Positions 55,805-64,000 of a DNA stretch of 64,000 nucleotides are shown here, in pieces. The stretch comes from a candidate division WWE3 bacterium RIFCSPHIGHO2_01_FULL_40_23 (lineage in GTDB: Bacteria > Patescibacteriota > WWE3 > UBA101185 > 2-01-FULL-41-18): the NCBI GenBank assembly GCA_001772615.1, contig MEUZ01000004.1, positions 8,455 to 72,454 of the forward strand. The letters run 5' to 3'. Within the stretch, counting starts at the first letter, position 1; every line of letters starts with the position of its first letter. The position numbers were made by a program, and so were the translations under genes. The notes below the pieces were generated by a model. The model ran no database searches. It saw nothing but the letters and a program-made list of their open reading frames with translations, and was not told the origin of the DNA.

Positions 55805-57706
55805 ATGAAAAAGTCGCTTGCCCTTTTTTTCATCTTTCTCCTTTTGCTTGAAATCAACATGATTTTTAAAAGCAAAAGATATTCAAGAGCCGATTCTGAC
55901 ACAACGCCGCCGACATCAACACTTTCTCAAATCCCCTCTTCTCCGGACGGGACAAATGATTGGTATGTTTCCCCAATTGACTTCACAATAACCGCAGACG
56001 ATCTTGAATCAGGTGTAAGATCTATAAGCTATAAGCTTGATTCAGACGACGTTCAAACTCAAATCTTTAATAACACCCTTAACCTTGTTCAAAACCCAAG
56101 TTTTGAGGAGGCGGGGACTCCGGTTAACCTTTGGGATAAAACAAATGACGATATCAACGCGGTATTCACACAAGATTCCATAGCGGCGCCCTCATTTGGT
56201 ACCAAATCGGCCAAGATTAGCGCAACCACGGGTACATGGAACGGTTATAACAACAGAAATAACTTTGCGGTCGCAACTTCCAATGAAAATATGACCTCAA
56301 GCCTATGGATAAAAACACAAAACGTAAACCTGCAGGTAAATTATAAAATTTATGCAGTCTACACGGGCATGGGAGGCAGTGAACAAACACAGTTAATAGC
56401 TGCAACCTCCGACATTTCAGGAACAAATGATTGGCAGAAACTCACTTTGAATTTTGTTGTAAATGTTGACAATGCTATAGGAGTTTATATGGACATGGGA
56501 ATTAAGGGGAGCGGGAGCGCGTGGTTTGACGGGGCTTCAATTACTTCAGCCTTTACACAGCCCTCGGTTGAGTTTGTGGTTTCTTCAAACGGAAGCCACA
56601 CCCTTGAATACTACAGCACCGATAACGCAGGGAACGAAGAAACCCACCAAACTACAACCTTTAAAATAGACACAAAGGCCCCAAGCCGCTTCACAAACTT
56701 TACAATTACACAAGCGGGAAACGACCATACGTTTATCGTTTCAATAAGCGTTACCGATAATACATCAGGTCTTGATACGGGAACGGCGCAGTTTCAGTAC
56801 TCGGTTGATGAAGGTGTAACATGGGGCTATTATTCTGATTTCTCAAACTGCAACTCTACTTTTACAGAGGATTGGACTAACGGCTCCACAAACCCGTCAA
56901 CATCAGGGACAAAAAACACAATTATCTCAACCCCCGCCATCGACTTTTGCAATAACAACTGGGCAGTCACCAAAAAAATCAGATTTAAAATAAAGGATCT
57001 TGCTGGAAACCAGGGCCAAAGCGCGGATTTTACAATCAATGGGGCGTGGATAGAAGTAGTAAACGGTGATATTTTCGCAAATGAGGGTATATCAATGCAG
57101 TCAAGTTCTAAGATCACTTATCTCGCAGGAGCCGTAGACGGCATATCAAACATAACTTCAACAAACAATTGGTTCCTTGAAGATTATGAAGCAATGGATT
57201 TTAGCACTTATGATGAATGGTACGCGAAAAACCCAACAACTACAGCTTTGCCTGCAGGCAAGCTCCCAACAACAAGCGGATCTTACAGAGTAAACAGCGA
57301 TTTCACAATCGCAAGTACTACTGTTCCTAACGGCCTGGATGATGTGCAAGATCTTTCGGGTTTAATCTATGTAAACGGTGATTTAAACATTAACTCTAAT
57401 TATGAGCTTCATGATACAAGCGGAATAATATTTATTGTAAAAGGTGACATTACGGTAAATAGCGCAGTTTCGTCAATTGATGGGTTCTTTATTACCGACG
57501 CTTTATTTGACCTTACAGGAGGAAACACACAAATAGATATTTTCGGGGGAGTACAGGCGGATGAATACAACATGAAAAGGTCTTTAAGCGGAAATCAGAA
57601 CTCAACAACACCCGCTCAAATCTTTACATATAAACCGAAATATCTTATTGTAGGTAAGAATCAACTTACAACAAATTCAGATGTAACATGGTTGGAAGTT
57701 AAATAA
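55805..57706 (+). CDS. Secreted Ig plus carbohydrate-binding-like protein, putative pilus-tip adhesin
   Basis: DTTPPTST...YYSTDNAGNEE Ig domain with inserted NLVQNPSFEE CBM-like domain; C-domain from WIEVVNGDIF to TWLEVK. Confidence 0.75.
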   Translation: MKKSLALFFIFLLLLEINMIFKSKRYSRADSDTTPPTSTLSQIPSSPDGTNDWYVSPIDFTITADDLESGVRSISYKLDSDDVQTQIFNNTLNLVQNPSFEEAGTPVNLWDKTNDDINAVFTQDSIAAPSFGTKSAKISATTGTWNGYNNRNNFAVATSNENMTSSLWIKTQNVNLQVNYKIYAVYTGMGGSEQTQLIAATSDISGTNDWQKLTLNFVVNVDNAIGVYMDMGIKGSGSAWFDGASITSAFTQPSVEFVVSSNGSHTLEYYSTDNAGNEETHQTTTFKIDTKAPSRFTNFTITQAGNDHTFIVSISVTDNTSGLDTGTAQFQYSVDEGVTWGYYSDFSNCNSTFTEDWTNGSTNPSTSGTKNTIISTPAIDFCNNNWAVTKKIRFKIKDLAGNQGQSADFTINGAWIEVVNGDIFANEGISMQSSSKITYLAGAVDGISNITSTNNWFLEDYEAMDFSTYDEWYAKNPTTTALPAGKLPTTSGSYRVNSDFTIASTTVPNGLDDVQDLSGLIYVNGDLNINSNYELHDTSGIIFIVKGDITVNSAVSSIDGFFITDALFDLTGGNTQIDIFGGVQADEYNMKRSLSGNQNSTTPAQIFTYKPKYLIVGKNQLTTNSDVTWLEVK

Positions 57707-57713
57707 CTGCCTT

Positions 57714-58745
57714 ATGAATGTAGTTGGTCTTGATCTTGGAATCAGAAATTTCAAAGCAATAGAAATAAAAAAAGAAAAGGGAATGGCGGAACTTGTCAGA
57801 TATGGTATAAGCGAAACTATTCCCGCTAATCTTTTGTCGGAAACTAAAGAAGAACTTGAGAAATATTCCAAGGAACTTCTTTTATTCTTTAATGAATCCG
57901 GTTTTTCCACCCCCAATGTTATAGTTGCACTTCCCGAAACAAGCGTCTTCACTAGAATTATTACGGTGCCAAAAATGAGTGAAAAAGAACTTAAAAGTGC
58001 AATGATGTTTGAAGCCGAGCAATATATACCCCTTCCATTAAAAGAAGTTAACTTTGACTTTCAGATTTTAAATGATGACACAGTTGACAAAGGAAATATG
58101 AGCGTTCTTCTTGTAGCGGCGGCAAAAACTCTCATTAATAAATATATAAAAATTTTAAAAGATGCTAAACTTACACCTGTCGGACTTGAACCTGAAACAT
58201 TATCTCTTGCAAGAATAGTGGGGGATAAAATAGACCAACCCAACCCCTCAATAATTGTCAGCATTGACTCAAATGTAACAAACATTATCGTCACCTATAA
58301 AGGAATTGTAAGGTTTACAAGAAGCATTTCAACAGGCGGGGACGCTCTCACAAGAGCCGTAGCGCAGGGCCTCGGGTTTGATTTTACACAAGCCGAGGAA
58401 TATAAAAAAACTTACGGTCTTGACTCTTCACAGGTTGACGGCAAAGTATTTAGCGCCATAAAACCCGTCTTTGACATAATTTTAAATGAGATCAGAAGAG
58501 CCTATTACTTCTATACAACACATAATACTGATGTTAATATTAGAAGAGTAGTAGTTTGCGGAGGAACTGCCCTGATGCCGGGACTTCTTTTTTACCTGAC
58601 AACAAACCTCAACCTTGAAGTTGAACTTGCCAACCCATGGCAGAAAATCACAATTCCAGGAAAATTTATTAAAGAAAGGCAAAATTTAATGGAAAGAGGC
58701 CCTTTCTTTGTAACATCCATTGGTTTAGCATTAAAGGAAGATTAA
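57714..58745 (+). CDS. pilM: Type IV pilus assembly protein PilM
   Basis: VGLDLG actin-like start, FEAEQYIPLP, GGDALT, CGGTALMPGL, ANPW, IGLALKE. Confidence 0.93.
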   Translation: MNVVGLDLGIRNFKAIEIKKEKGMAELVRYGISETIPANLLSETKEELEKYSKELLLFFNESGFSTPNVIVALPETSVFTRIITVPKMSEKELKSAMMFEAEQYIPLPLKEVNFDFQILNDDTVDKGNMSVLLVAAAKTLINKYIKILKDAKLTPVGLEPETLSLARIVGDKIDQPNPSIIVSIDSNVTNIIVTYKGIVRFTRSISTGGDALTRAVAQGLGFDFTQAEEYKKTYGLDSSQVDGKVFSAIKPVFDIILNEIRRAYYFYTTHNTDVNIRRVVVCGGTALMPGLLFYLTTNLNLEVELANPWQKITIPGKFIKERQNLMERGPFFVTSIGLALKED

Positions 58746-58746
58746 A

Positions 58747-59340
58747 ATGGACCAGCCTGTTATTGACCTTATACCGCAGGAAGAAAGAATAAAAAGAGGC
58801 AAGCAAAAAGCCCAGAAAGCAGGGCTTATTATCGCTTTTATTCTTTTCTTCCTCTCGGGCGCTTTATCGGTGGGACTTTATTTTTATACAAGAGAAGTTG
58901 ATGAAAAAATTTCTCTTGCGAAGTCATCCGTTGAAGCAAAAAAAGCCAAAATTCAGGACAAGGCCGCCGTTGAGATTTCAATTAGAAACCTTGATGCAAA
59001 ATATAAAGTCTTATCAAACATACTTCATACAAGGCTTTATTACTCTCTTCTTCTTGAAGAACTTTCGCAAAGAATACCCCAAAGCGTGAATGTTAACACC
59101 CTTGACAGCTCAACAGCCGATACCGTGAGTCTTACAGGAACATCCTCCGATTACATATCCCTCGCAAAATTTCTCAACTCTCTTTCTGATCCGAACCTTG
59201 CCAGTCCTTCGGCAACACCAAAAGACAAGAATATGTTTACAAACATAGCTATAAATAGTGTTACACTTGACCCCTTGACGGCCGAAGCCAGATTTAATCT
59301 GACTATTAATCTTGATACGGAGTTATTAAAGAAGGAGTAA
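58747..59340 (+). CDS. pilN: Type IV pilus assembly protein PilN
   Basis: IDLIP (INLLP-like) motif, TM helix, coiled coil, LLEELSQRIP. Confidence 0.85.
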   Translation: MDQPVIDLIPQEERIKRGKQKAQKAGLIIAFILFFLSGALSVGLYFYTREVDEKISLAKSSVEAKKAKIQDKAAVEISIRNLDAKYKVLSNILHTRLYYSLLLEELSQRIPQSVNVNTLDSSTADTVSLTGTSSDYISLAKFLNSLSDPNLASPSATPKDKNMFTNIAINSVTLDPLTAEARFNLTINLDTELLKKE

Positions 59341-59341
59341 C

Positions 59342-60076
59342 ATGGAACTTGCCAAATCGGGAAAGCCAAAAATAGCTAAAGATTTTTTCATTTACTTTCT
59401 GCTTCCGATATTGCTTCTTGGAGGTACCGCGGCTCTTTCCGTATTAATTGCCTATCCCGCTTATAAAGACCTTCCTGTTAAAGATTCAGAACTTAAAGCA
59501 TTGCAGGAAAAAGACTTAAGGCTTGATCAAAAACTTAAAAAACTTAATGATCTGACCGACTTTAAAGAAATTGTAGATGAAGATTTAAAGTTAGTTAACT
59601 TTGCGCTTCCTTCGGAAGCCGAAGTACCTCTTCTTTTAACGGAGGTTCAACAAATAGCGAAAGAATCAGGGCTTGCAATAGGGGCTTTAAACTACTCTTC
59701 AAGCGGACCTAATGAAGCCGGTGATACAAGCAGAGTTAATGTCTTTCTTAACGCGAAGGGAAACTTTAGTCAAACTAAGACATTTCTTGTAACTTTAGAA
59801 AAAGCCGCAAGAATAGTTGATATCTCAACGATTAGGTTTTCTTCTTTAAAAGGAGCCAGTCCCCAGTCACTTGAAGTATCGGAAATTGACTTATCGCTTG
59901 GCTTAACATCGCCTTTTCTTTTCGTGGAGTCAAAAGCTGTCACCGAAGACCCCATAACCATTGATATAAGAGATGGTGCTTTTGTTAAGTTTATGAACAA
60001 TCTAAAAAATTATAAGGTTTATGAAACTGTTGTTGACACTTCAAATATAGGAAAAGAAAACCCCTTTGTGCAATAA
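59342..60076 (+). CDS. pilO: Type IV pilus assembly protein PilO
   Basis: TM helix, coiled coil, ALPSEAEVPLLL, GNFSQTKTFLVTLEKAARIV, GKENPF. Confidence 0.85.
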   Translation: MELAKSGKPKIAKDFFIYFLLPILLLGGTAALSVLIAYPAYKDLPVKDSELKALQEKDLRLDQKLKKLNDLTDFKEIVDEDLKLVNFALPSEAEVPLLLTEVQQIAKESGLAIGALNYSSSGPNEAGDTSRVNVFLNAKGNFSQTKTFLVTLEKAARIVDISTIRFSSLKGASPQSLEVSEIDLSLGLTSPFLFVESKAVTEDPITIDIRDGAFVKFMNNLKNYKVYETVVDTSNIGKENPFVQ

Positions 60077-60128
60077 CCCCCTCCTCCTCGGGGTATATTC
60101 TAAAATTCACCTTGGAAACCCTCCGCAT

Positions 60129-60332
60129 AAGACAACAGGAAATGCCTCTTAAGGGGCACTCGGAGCGCAATGTTTTGTCATCCTGAACTTGACTTAGGAT
60201 CTGTGATAAGATTACCGCTTTCGCGGGAATGACATCGCATTGCGCGAGAAAGAACGCCGCGAGTTCTGTGCTATACAATTAATTATTAGAGACTAGCGGA
60301 CGTGACCCCGTAGAGGCATTTCCTGTTGTCTT
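60129..60332. repeat. Nested palindromic element with perfect 21-bp terminal inverted repeats (MITE/REP-like)
   Basis: AAGACAACAGGAAATGCCTCT (60129-60149) and its reverse complement (60312-60332); inner GCGCAATG/CATTGCGC and TGTCAT/ATGACA. Confidence 0.85.
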
Positions 60333-60353
60333 CCAGATCGGGGACTTTAAAAC

Positions 60354-61163
60354 TTAATTTTGTAAAGGAGTGTCATCTGAAGTGGAAAAGATTGCAAAGT
60401 CAAATTCCGAAGGAAGATAAGGTTTGGTCTTAAGCGCTGTTACTGTCTTTACAACATCACTAACAGCTCCAGTAGCGGTAATCACATAACCCTGGATAGG
60501 GAGAGCTGATCCGCCTTTAGGTATTACGTGAAGATTAATATCATTGTAAATAGCTCGGACTCTTAGAAATAAAGGTGTAGTTTTGGCTGGAACCGTAAAA
60601 CAGTTAGGATATGAAAGATCGGATGCGGCAGTTGAAAAACCATTAGAACCATGAAGGGTAGAAGCGGCATTATAAGCATACTTTGACAGAGAATACGGAG
60701 AAGCCCCATGCACATAAGAAACGTAAACCGAAGGGTTATCACCGCTTGCGGCGTCATCCCAGCAAAGTTCTACCGTGCTTGATGAACTATACCCCGTAAG
60801 ATCAACCTCGTATGTTGCATTCTTTTCAACCTTAACATCAAGCTGATTTGTTGAATTCCCGTAATGGGAAAGAGTGGCCTGGGCTGTTGCGGTGATGCCA
60901 TCGGAGCCCGTTATGATAAGCTGACATGCGGACCCGCAGCTGTTGTTAGCTATGTAATCATCAAGCGTACCGGAATTTAAAGTAAGGATCCTTTCAACAA
61001 GGGCTTCAGCTACCCCTAAAGCCCTTACAGAGGAATCAATTTTAACGCTTCTTTTAAACCCTTGTATGACCCTATTGGAAACAATAAGTCCTGTAGCAAG
61101 AGCAAGGATCATAACAAGCAGCACAATTACAAGTGTCTGCCCTTTTTGATTGTAATAAAGCAT
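60354..61163 (-). CDS. PilX-like minor pilin (paralog 2)
   Basis: QKG|QTLVIVLLV; DSSVRALGVAE; shares motifs with 54864-55784. Confidence 0.8.
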   Translation of the reverse strand: MLYYNQKGQTLVIVLLVMILALATGLIVSNRVIQGFKRSVKIDSSVRALGVAEALVERILTLNSGTLDDYIANNSCGSACQLIITGSDGITATAQATLSHYGNSTNQLDVKVEKNATYEVDLTGYSSSSTVELCWDDAASGDNPSVYVSYVHGASPYSLSKYAYNAASTLHGSNGFSTAASDLSYPNCFTVPAKTTPLFLRVRAIYNDINLHVIPKGGSALPIQGYVITATGAVSDVVKTVTALKTKPYLPSEFDFAIFSTSDDTPLQN

Positions 61164-61165
61164 AT

Positions 61166-61726
61166 TTAATAACTTGCTCCTAGCATTACAACGGAGGTTC
61201 TAAAGTAGGATCCCGCAGATTGTGACACCTGTGACGACGGGACAGCAAAATATATGGTTATCGCAAAGGTGTAAGGACTTACTGATACCAACTGAAATGA
61301 AGAAACTAAAACATTAATTGTCACTCCTTCAGTGTTGTCGCAGTTGGTTATCGGCTCTTTAGAAGCTCCATTTACTGACCTGGTTACAGCTATCACCGAA
61401 CCGCACGGAGAACCAGCGGACCCAAGACCGGAAGCTGACTCAATCGTATAAGTTATACTATCTCCAGCTTGGTCAACCATCGTCACCAAGTTGGAAGATC
61501 CAAGCGCAGTAGGGGACGTGAGAGATCTTGCGTTTTTTAAATCATAAGAAAGCTTTGCCAAAGCATAATTTCCGTTTTGCTCAACTTCATTTAAGGACCT
61601 GGTTTTGTTGTAGCTTCTGATTATTGTCACAACAAGGTCCCCGGCAACTCCTACCGAAATCAGAAGAACCGAAACAACAACCAAAAGTTCTATCAAAGTA
61701 AAGCCCTTTTCTCTGATTTTTGTCAT
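61166..61726 (-). CDS. PilW/GspJ-like minor pilin
   Basis: KG|FTLIELLVVV; NYALAKLSYDLKNA. Confidence 0.85.
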   Translation of the reverse strand: MTKIREKGFTLIELLVVVSVLLISVGVAGDLVVTIIRSYNKTRSLNEVEQNGNYALAKLSYDLKNARSLTSPTALGSSNLVTMVDQAGDSITYTIESASGLGSAGSPCGSVIAVTRSVNGASKEPITNCDNTEGVTINVLVSSFQLVSVSPYTFAITIYFAVPSSQVSQSAGSYFRTSVVMLGASY

Positions 61727-62244
61727 CTTCCCCTCCAATTAGTAAAATCAGTAGTGTTATAAACCCTTTCGGTTTTACCTCCAAGACTCCAGGAAACAAT
61801 AGCGGTGATTCTTATCACGTCATCATTGTAGCTTGTATCAGAGCAGGTCGCAGGAGAGGGAGAAGGACAGGAGGAAATAATATAATAGGTAAACGGGGAT
61901 ACGTTCGTACCAGCGGCCCCTGTCGTAAACAACCCGCTAGTTAACATATCAAAGTAACAATGGGACGCGGTAAGACATGTTGAGGTATTGTTATTGTAAA
62001 AGGCCGTTAAAAATTGGCTCCACGTATTTGAATCCCTATAAGATCTTGCGTATTCCAGTTGAGCCTGCGCTATTTGTGTAGCTTGAGCTATATATGTTGA
62101 CTGTCTTGAGTTGCGAAGCGCAAAAACCCCAAGAGCAACAAGAGCCGTCACAACAATGATGGAAACAGAAGCGGCAAGAAGGGTCTCAACAAGTCCCTGT
62201 CCTTCTTCTGACTTAACCTGTCTTAAAAGCCACTTTAAGGACAT
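61723..62244 (-). CDS. PilV-like minor pilin
   Basis: EG|QGLVETLLA; ATQIAQAQLEYAR; ITAIVSW. Confidence 0.8.
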   Translation of the reverse strand: MSLKWLLRQVKSEEGQGLVETLLAASVSIIVVTALVALGVFALRNSRQSTYIAQATQIAQAQLEYARSYRDSNTWSQFLTAFYNNNTSTCLTASHCYFDMLTSGLFTTGAAGTNVSPFTYYIISSCPSPSPATCSDTSYNDDVIRITAIVSWSLGGKTERVYNTTDFTNWRGR

Positions 62245-62750
62245 GAGTTTACCCCCTTTATCAAACCACTACCATTAATTTCAACCGAATAACATGTAGA
62301 ACTGCCGGATATAGAGGTTCGCACATAAATATTACTGTAAAGGCCCGTCTGGGTTACTATACCTGATCCCATCGCATAATAAATACAAGCGGGGGAAGAG
62401 CTCACACCAAGTGTTGCATCACCCGGAAGAACGGCAGAGGTATCAACAACAGTTATAGAACCACAGCTTGTAGTATCGGCTGATTTTCCTATATTAAAGG
62501 TTGTGCCCCCGCTAGAAGCCCTGAAAACCCAATAAGAGTAATTCGTTGAGTCAACACCGGCCATTGCTCTGATCTGCGTATCCCTTATCCCGTTTTTTAT
62601 CTGCTCCTGCGACTGCTTTAGGTTCTGCGAACGAATAAAGTTATTAAAGTTAGGTATTGTAACAGCCGTAAGAACAGCAAGTATTGAAACGGAAACAAGC
62701 AGTTCAACAAGAGTGAAACCCGGGTTTTTAAAGGCAGGAAACTTATTCAT
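62235..62750 (-). CDS. FimT/GspH-like minor pilin
   Basis: PG|FTLVELLVSV; VEINGSGLI; start at ATG 62750. Confidence 0.85.
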   Translation of the reverse strand: MNKFPAFKNPGFTLVELLVSVSILAVLTAVTIPNFNNFIRSQNLKQSQEQIKNGIRDTQIRAMAGVDSTNYSYWVFRASSGGTTFNIGKSADTTSCGSITVVDTSAVLPGDATLGVSSSPACIYYAMGSGIVTQTGLYSNIYVRTSISGSSTCYSVEINGSGLIKGVNSCP

Positions 62751-62760
62751 CCTGGCATTA

Positions 62761-62789
62761 ATGTTATATAAGAAGAGTAGGGGAGTCAA
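62761..62789 (-). promoter_or_regulatory. Candidate promoter for the minor-pilin operon
   Basis: TTGACT-17 nt-TAACAT on the minus strand. Confidence 0.45.
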
Positions 62790-62796
62790 TCAGAGC

Positions 62797-62889
62797 ATGT
62801 CATTCCAGACCTGCCTGCTGCAAGCAGGCACATAATCTGGGATATCTACAGAAGATCCGACGGGATCCCTGCTTTCGCAGGGATGACAT
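62797..62889. repeat. REP-like palindromic element (GTCAT...ATGAC termini)
   Basis: ATGTCATTCC...GGGATGACAT termini; inner hairpins TGCCTGC/GCAGGCA and ATCCCTGC-TTTC-GCAGGGAT. Confidence 0.8.
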
Positions 62890-62890
62890 C

Positions 62891-63379
62891 TCAATTAATA
62901 ATAGTGAGATCTGTTCCTACTTCATAAAAGCCGTTGTTATCACCTCCGTCATCTTCCATCTTCTCGGTAAAGTATTCAAGTTTCACATTTACCTCATAAG
63001 AAGAACCGCTTCTCTGATATAAGTATCTATAAGTATTATCATTAATAGGATCTATGGGAAGCCTTGTCAGATAACTGCTTAAGTCGGAAACAATCCAGCC
63101 TGAAGAAGAACTCTCAACAGGTCCCGCATTCCCTTCAGGAATAACATTGCTATATCTCATTGTATCATCTTCATCAGGGGGTGACTCATTATTTAATACA
63201 TACTCCTCAATTGCCGAGGAAAGCCTCACGGCATCTGACAGCCTTACATTATCTCTTGCTTTACGCTGGTAAATCACGGGGTTAATAAATATGGAAACAA
63301 TCAGAGCAATAAGCCCAAGAAGCAAAAATATTACTGTAAGTTCTAAAAGAGTGTAGCCTTTTTCATTTCCCACAATCAT
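62891..63379 (-). CDS. GspG/PilA-like pilin
   Basis: KG|YTLLEL; INP...KARDNVRLSD; LPIDP. Confidence 0.85.
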   Translation of the reverse strand: MIVGNEKGYTLLELTVIFLLLGLIALIVSIFINPVIYQRKARDNVRLSDAVRLSSAIEEYVLNNESPPDEDDTMRYSNVIPEGNAGPVESSSSGWIVSDLSSYLTRLPIDPINDNTYRYLYQRSGSSYEVNVKLEYFTEKMEDDGGDNNGFYEVGTDLTIIN

Positions 63380-63948
63380 CTGCCTTCAACGCCATAACAA
63401 TAGTCGCTTGTCATGAAGGAGCCGCAGATACCGCTCCAGTTTGTAAGAGATCCGCAGGGATTGGTATCGTTGGATGTAGGCACACTCATCATAGTAGTAA
63501 GGACGTATCTACTTGCTCTTGCCGAAGAGGTAGATAACGCTGGAGCCCAGTAGTTATATCGCCTTGAGGTAGTGTCAGTGCAGGCGCTTGCCGGAGCACT
63601 TGAGCTGTACTCGGGGTCATTTGGTATTTGTGTTAGAACGGCGGAGCCTAAAGTACCATCAACCGCAAGAAGCTGTGAGCTTAAATTATCGGTTCCCGTA
63701 ACTTTAACAAAAACGCTTTCACTTGTAGATGTATTATTCGCAATAGATGCCGGGTAAGCTCTGTATCTTAAGTAATACCTTTCAAGCGCGGCCTGAATAG
63801 TTTTTATGTCTGCGGCTCTTTGAGAATCTGTTGCTTTTGATCTTACCTGGACGGGATTAATCACAACAAGAGCCACGCCCATAAGAATTACTATCAAAAG
63901 CACCGAGAGAAGAAGTTCAATTAATGTAAAACCAAATGTCTTTTTCAT
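63376..63948 (-). CDS. GspG/PilA-like pilin
   Basis: FG|FTLIELL; KATDSQRAADIKTIQAALERY; IPNDP; C-terminal CYGVE. Confidence 0.88.
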   Translation of the reverse strand: MKKTFGFTLIELLLSVLLIVILMGVALVVINPVQVRSKATDSQRAADIKTIQAALERYYLRYRAYPASIANNTSTSESVFVKVTGTDNLSSQLLAVDGTLGSAVLTQIPNDPEYSSSAPASACTDTTSRRYNYWAPALSTSSARASRYVLTTMMSVPTSNDTNPCGSLTNWSGICGSFMTSDYCYGVEGR

Positions 63949-63950
63949 AC

Positions 63951-64000
63951 TTAAGGATTCGGATTTTGCAGTCCATAACAGAAAGATGCCGCCGAGTAAG
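63951..64000 (-). CDS. 3' end of a further pilin-like gene (truncated by window edge)
   Basis: Minus frame reads YSAASFCYGLQNPNP*, matching the CYG ending of the neighbouring pilin. Confidence 0.55.
   Translation of the reverse strand, partial: YSAASFCYGLQNPNP

Noticed and set aside
59991-60278. 95-aa minus-strand ORF across the pilO end
   Set aside because: Spans the palindromic element and overlaps pilO antisense; no protein-like features.
1-64000. CRISPR array, rRNA, integrase or transposase
   Set aside because: No regularly spaced repeat-spacer series, rRNA-like stretch or recombinase motif was seen by eye.
1-64000. UGA recoding (genetic code 25)
   Set aside because: Core genes are full length under code 11, and TGA ends genes such as sodA, ruvA and rpmI.

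Overview
AT-rich bacterial chromosome segment using the standard genetic code (TGA is used as a stop). Gene content and domain losses point to a Patescibacteria/CPR genome, most similar to WWE3/Microgenomates; this is an inference from PPIase-less trigger factor, TGS-less ThrS, PheT lacking the B2 domain, an acyl-carrier-protein homolog with no fab genes beside it, and many pilins. From left to right: a Cys/His-rich metal/thiol-redox cluster behind a histidine kinase; three ArnT/PMT-like glycosyltransferases; sodA-tgt-ruvCAB; a six-tRNA region interleaved with ORFans and an adenylate cyclase; tig-clpP, truB and typA; thrS-[GC-rich 1594-aa LamG gene]-infC-rpmI-rplT-pheS-pheT; a class A PBP, tyrS, recG-rsmD-rpmF-nusB-acp-rnc-rpsP-khpA; and a type IV pilus locus. 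Most notable: (1) the 4.8-kb GC-rich LamG gene is bracketed by a 19-bp duplication of the thrS 3' end with only synonymous differences and no integrase; (2) two tRNAs carry duplicated 3' ends enclosing hairpin elements; (3) the ACP homolog has lost its phosphopantetheine serine; (4) many core genes look leaderless, while stand-alone ORFans have SD sites, often terminators and boxA-like motifs; (5) the pilus locus has two PilX paralogs, two tip-adhesin-like proteins and nested palindromes. No CRISPR array, rRNA, integrase or transposase was seen. All family assignments come from motif recognition by eye, not database searches.
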